64,000 nucleotides of DNA from an uncultured Gemmatimonadales bacterium (GTDB lineage: Bacteria; Gemmatimonadota; Gemmatimonadetes; Gemmatimonadales; GWC2-71-9): assembly GCA_963821525.1 (NCBI GenBank), contig CAWGED010000019.1, positions 704,001 through 768,000 of the forward strand. Direction: 5' to 3'. The notes under the pieces are model-generated. The model was not told the origin of the DNA, ran no database searches, and saw only the letters and a program-made list of their open reading frames with translations. This document shows positions 61,504 to 64,000 of this stretch, piece after piece. How positions within the stretch are numbered: position 1 is the first letter of the stretch; each line of letters begins with the position of its first letter. Position numbers and translations under genes: made by a program.

Positions 61504-62824
61504 ATGCACACTCCCTCGATTCCCGGCTTCCGCCCCGTGCCGTTCACGGGCGTCATCTTCGTCATGGCCGAGGCGGCAAAGCACGGCTATCGGCCCAATA
61601 ACGCCGACTGGTGTAACCTGGGACAGGGGCAGCCGGAGACTGGGCCGCTGCCGGGTGCGCCGCCGCGGGTTACGGCCGTAGCGATTGATCCGGCAGACCA
61701 GGACTACGCCCCGGTGCCCGGGATTTCCGAGCTGCGGGCCGCGGTCGCCGAGCTTTACAATCAGCAGTACCGCCGCGGGCTCAAGTCGCAGTACACCGAG
61801 AAGAACGTGTGTATTTCCGGCGGGGGCCGGATGGGACTCACCCGCGCGGTCGCGGCGTTGGGGCAGATCAACCTCGGCCATTTCCTTCCCGACTACACCG
61901 CCTACGAAGAGCTGCTGGACATTTTCAAGCTCTTCACCGCGATCCCGATTCTGCTCGATGGCGGTGGAGGCTACCGGTTTTCGGTCGAGGATCTGCGGCG
62001 GGAGGTCACCGGGCGTGGCCTGTCGGCGGTGCTCTTGTCGAATCCGTGCAATCCTACTGGCCGAGTCATCCAGGGGAACGAGCTCAAAGGATGGGTGAGT
62101 CTATCCCGCGAGCTCCAATGCACGTTGCTGATCGATGAGTTTTACTCGAGGTATATCTGGGCGGGCAGGACGGACAGGGCGGACAAGAGCGAGCAAGGCG
62201 GACGAGGCGGACAGGGCGGGCGGAGTTGGAGTATCCGCGGCGCAATTCGTAGAGGATGTTGATCGCGATCCGGTGATCCTGTTCGACGGCCTCACCAAGA
62301 ACTGGCGCTATCCCGGCTGGCGCTGCACCTGGATCGTGGGTCCGCGGGCGGTGATCGATGCAGTCTCCAGCACCGGATCATTCCTCGATGGTGGCGGGAG
62401 CAAGCCGATGCAGCGCTCCGCCGTGTCACTCCTGGATCCGGCGGTGGTCGAGGCGGAAACCAATGCGATCCGCCAGGCCTTTGTCCCCAAGCGCGCGCTG
62501 CTGCTCGAAGGACTGCGGAAAGCGGGGATGCGTTTCGACCTCGATCCCCAGGGCACCTTCTACTGCTGGGCCGACGTATCGGCCCTGCCACCCTCACTGA
62601 ATGACGGGATGTCCTTCTTCCGCGCGGCGCTCAAGGAAAAAGTCATCTGCGTTCCGGGGGAGTTCTTCGACATCAATCCCGGCAAACGGCGGAGCGGTCG
62701 CCCCTCACGCTTCCGGAATCACGTGCGGTTCAGTTTTGGACCCGAGTTGAAAGTCGTGGAGGAGGGATTGCGGAGGATTCAGAAGATGGTGCAACGTGAA
62801 GCTGCAGAAAAGCGTGAGAAGTGA
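61504..62824 (+). CDS. PLP-dependent aminotransferase class I/II (frameshift in the repeat insert near 62190-62230)
   Basis: NLGQGQPE, SNPCNPTG, IDEFY, DGLTKNWRYPGWR, VPGEFF, VRFSFG. Confidence 0.92.
62161..62222 (+). repeat. 9-mer tandem repeat (GCGGACAAG-like) inside the aminotransferase gene
   Basis: gcgggcaggacggacagggcggacaagagcgagcaaggcggacgaggcggacagggcggg; same unit as 56758-56801. Confidence 0.7.
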
Positions 62825-62909
62825 GACGGGGACTGCAGAAAAGGTGCCAAGCGAGCAGGCGGTTCGGGTGAGAGCTCTCCTTCTCTTCTCACTTCTCACT
62901 TCTTACGCT
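62811..62909. repeat. Inverted short-tandem-repeat element K (unit GTGAGAA)
   Basis: agcgtgagaagtgaga (62811-62826) vs tctcacttcttacgct (62894-62909), one mismatch; between convergent genes. Confidence 0.8.
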
Positions 62910-64000
62910 GTTGCCGTTCCCGTCTGACAATTCGATAGACCGGATAGCTGGCAATCAGCAGTCCAAGGGAAATCAGACTGTTTCTCCGATCGGTAAGCAC
63001 GTTGCCCACCAGGAAGGCCAGCGATCCCAATACCAGAAACCATGTCACCCAGGGATAGCCGATGGCGTGATAGGGACGCGGCAGTTCGGGTTCCCGCTTC
63101 CGCAGCACGATGACCGAAAGGAATGATGCCGTGTATTGCACCACGTAAAAGAACGCCGCCAGAGCGAGAATCTGGTTGAAGGTTCCGCTCACGATCAGCG
63201 CGATGGTGGCGAGGGTTGTAACTCAGCAGCGCCGGCACCGGCGTTCCACCGGGGTTGACGTTGCTCATGCCTCGGGCGATCAGCCCATCCCGGCTCAGCC
63301 CGTATGGCAGACGGGAGCCGATCAGGAGAATCGCGTTCGCCGCGCTGAACAGCGAAAGCAGGATCACCACCCGAACCACCGTGTCTCCCTTCGGCCCGAA
63401 GATCGCCTTGGCCGCCGCCGCTGCGACCAGGGTCTCTCCCGACATGGTGGACAGTGGCAACACCCGCATGAAGGCCACGTTGAGCAGCAGGTAGATCGCG
63501 ATTACCGCCAGGACACCGCCGGCCATCGAGCGCGGAATGTCGCGGCCCGGATTCTTTACTTCCCCGCTGAAATACAGCAATCCATTCCAACCGTCGTAGG
63601 TGTAGATGACTCCCTGACAGGCCAGAACGAGCGCGGTGAACGTTGGAATCCAGGAGGGTCCCGGGCCGCTCACAGCCGAGCTGACGGGATTTTCGGGGAC
63701 GAACACGAGGCAGACACCGGCCAGCCCGACCAGAACCAGCGTCTTGAGCAGACTGGTGGTTTGCTGAGTGAGGTCGCCGGCCCGTATTCCTTTCACGTTG
63801 ATGGCGGTAAGCAGCAACATCATCAGGACCGCGATTGCCACGGAATGGCCGTGCAGCACGGGAAAGAGGACGTCGCTGTAGTCGCCGATCGTGACGCTGA
63901 TCAGGGCATTGGCGGCACAGCTCGAGAGCCAGTCGCTCCAACCGATCGCGAAGCCCGCGTAGTCACCGAACGCGCGCCGGGCGTAGACATACTGCCCGCC
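62896..64000 (-). CDS. APC-family amino acid permease (5' end outside the window; frameshift near 63215)
   Basis: GGQYVYARRAFG, IYTYDGW, GEVKNPGRDIPR, SRLPYGLSRDG, LRKREPELPRPY. Confidence 0.9.

Noticed and set aside
2717..62909. Short repeats as CRISPR arrays
   Set aside because: Units are 7-9 nt and contiguous, with no 23-47 nt repeats separated by spacers, and no cas genes are present.

Overview
GC-rich bacterial chromosomal window. Gene content (GWxTD protein, several Hanks-type Ser/Thr kinases, a BTAD-AAA regulator, Ig-domain exported proteins, futalosine-type menaquinone genes) suggests Gemmatimonadota; this is an inference. It holds about 55 mostly housekeeping CDSs: mutM, UvrC-like, ubiX/ubiA/menG, an ECF sigma-anti-sigma operon, mrp/nfuA/nrnA, guaB, four APC permeases, gpmI, queD, mobA/mobB/moeA, htpX-terC, a multicopper oxidase, an M20-asd-dapB-dapA-dapD operon, ETF-QO and a PLP aminotransferase. 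About 20 genes are split by apparent single-base indels, most likely long-read errors. I found no rRNA, tRNA, CRISPR array or transposase. The most interesting signals are non-coding. (1) About ten gene-junction elements are built from short tandem repeats (7-9 nt units) arranged as inverted arms around a unique spacer; the architecture is shared but the unit differs between loci. (2) A thrL-like leader-peptide attenuator with complete 1:2/2:3/3:4 pairings lies in front of the asd/dap operon. (3) A yybP-ykoY Mn2+ riboswitch with an overlapping terminator controls htpX-terC. (4) A SigW-type promoter overlaps the sigma gene's stop codon. (5) Several genes appear to be leaderless.
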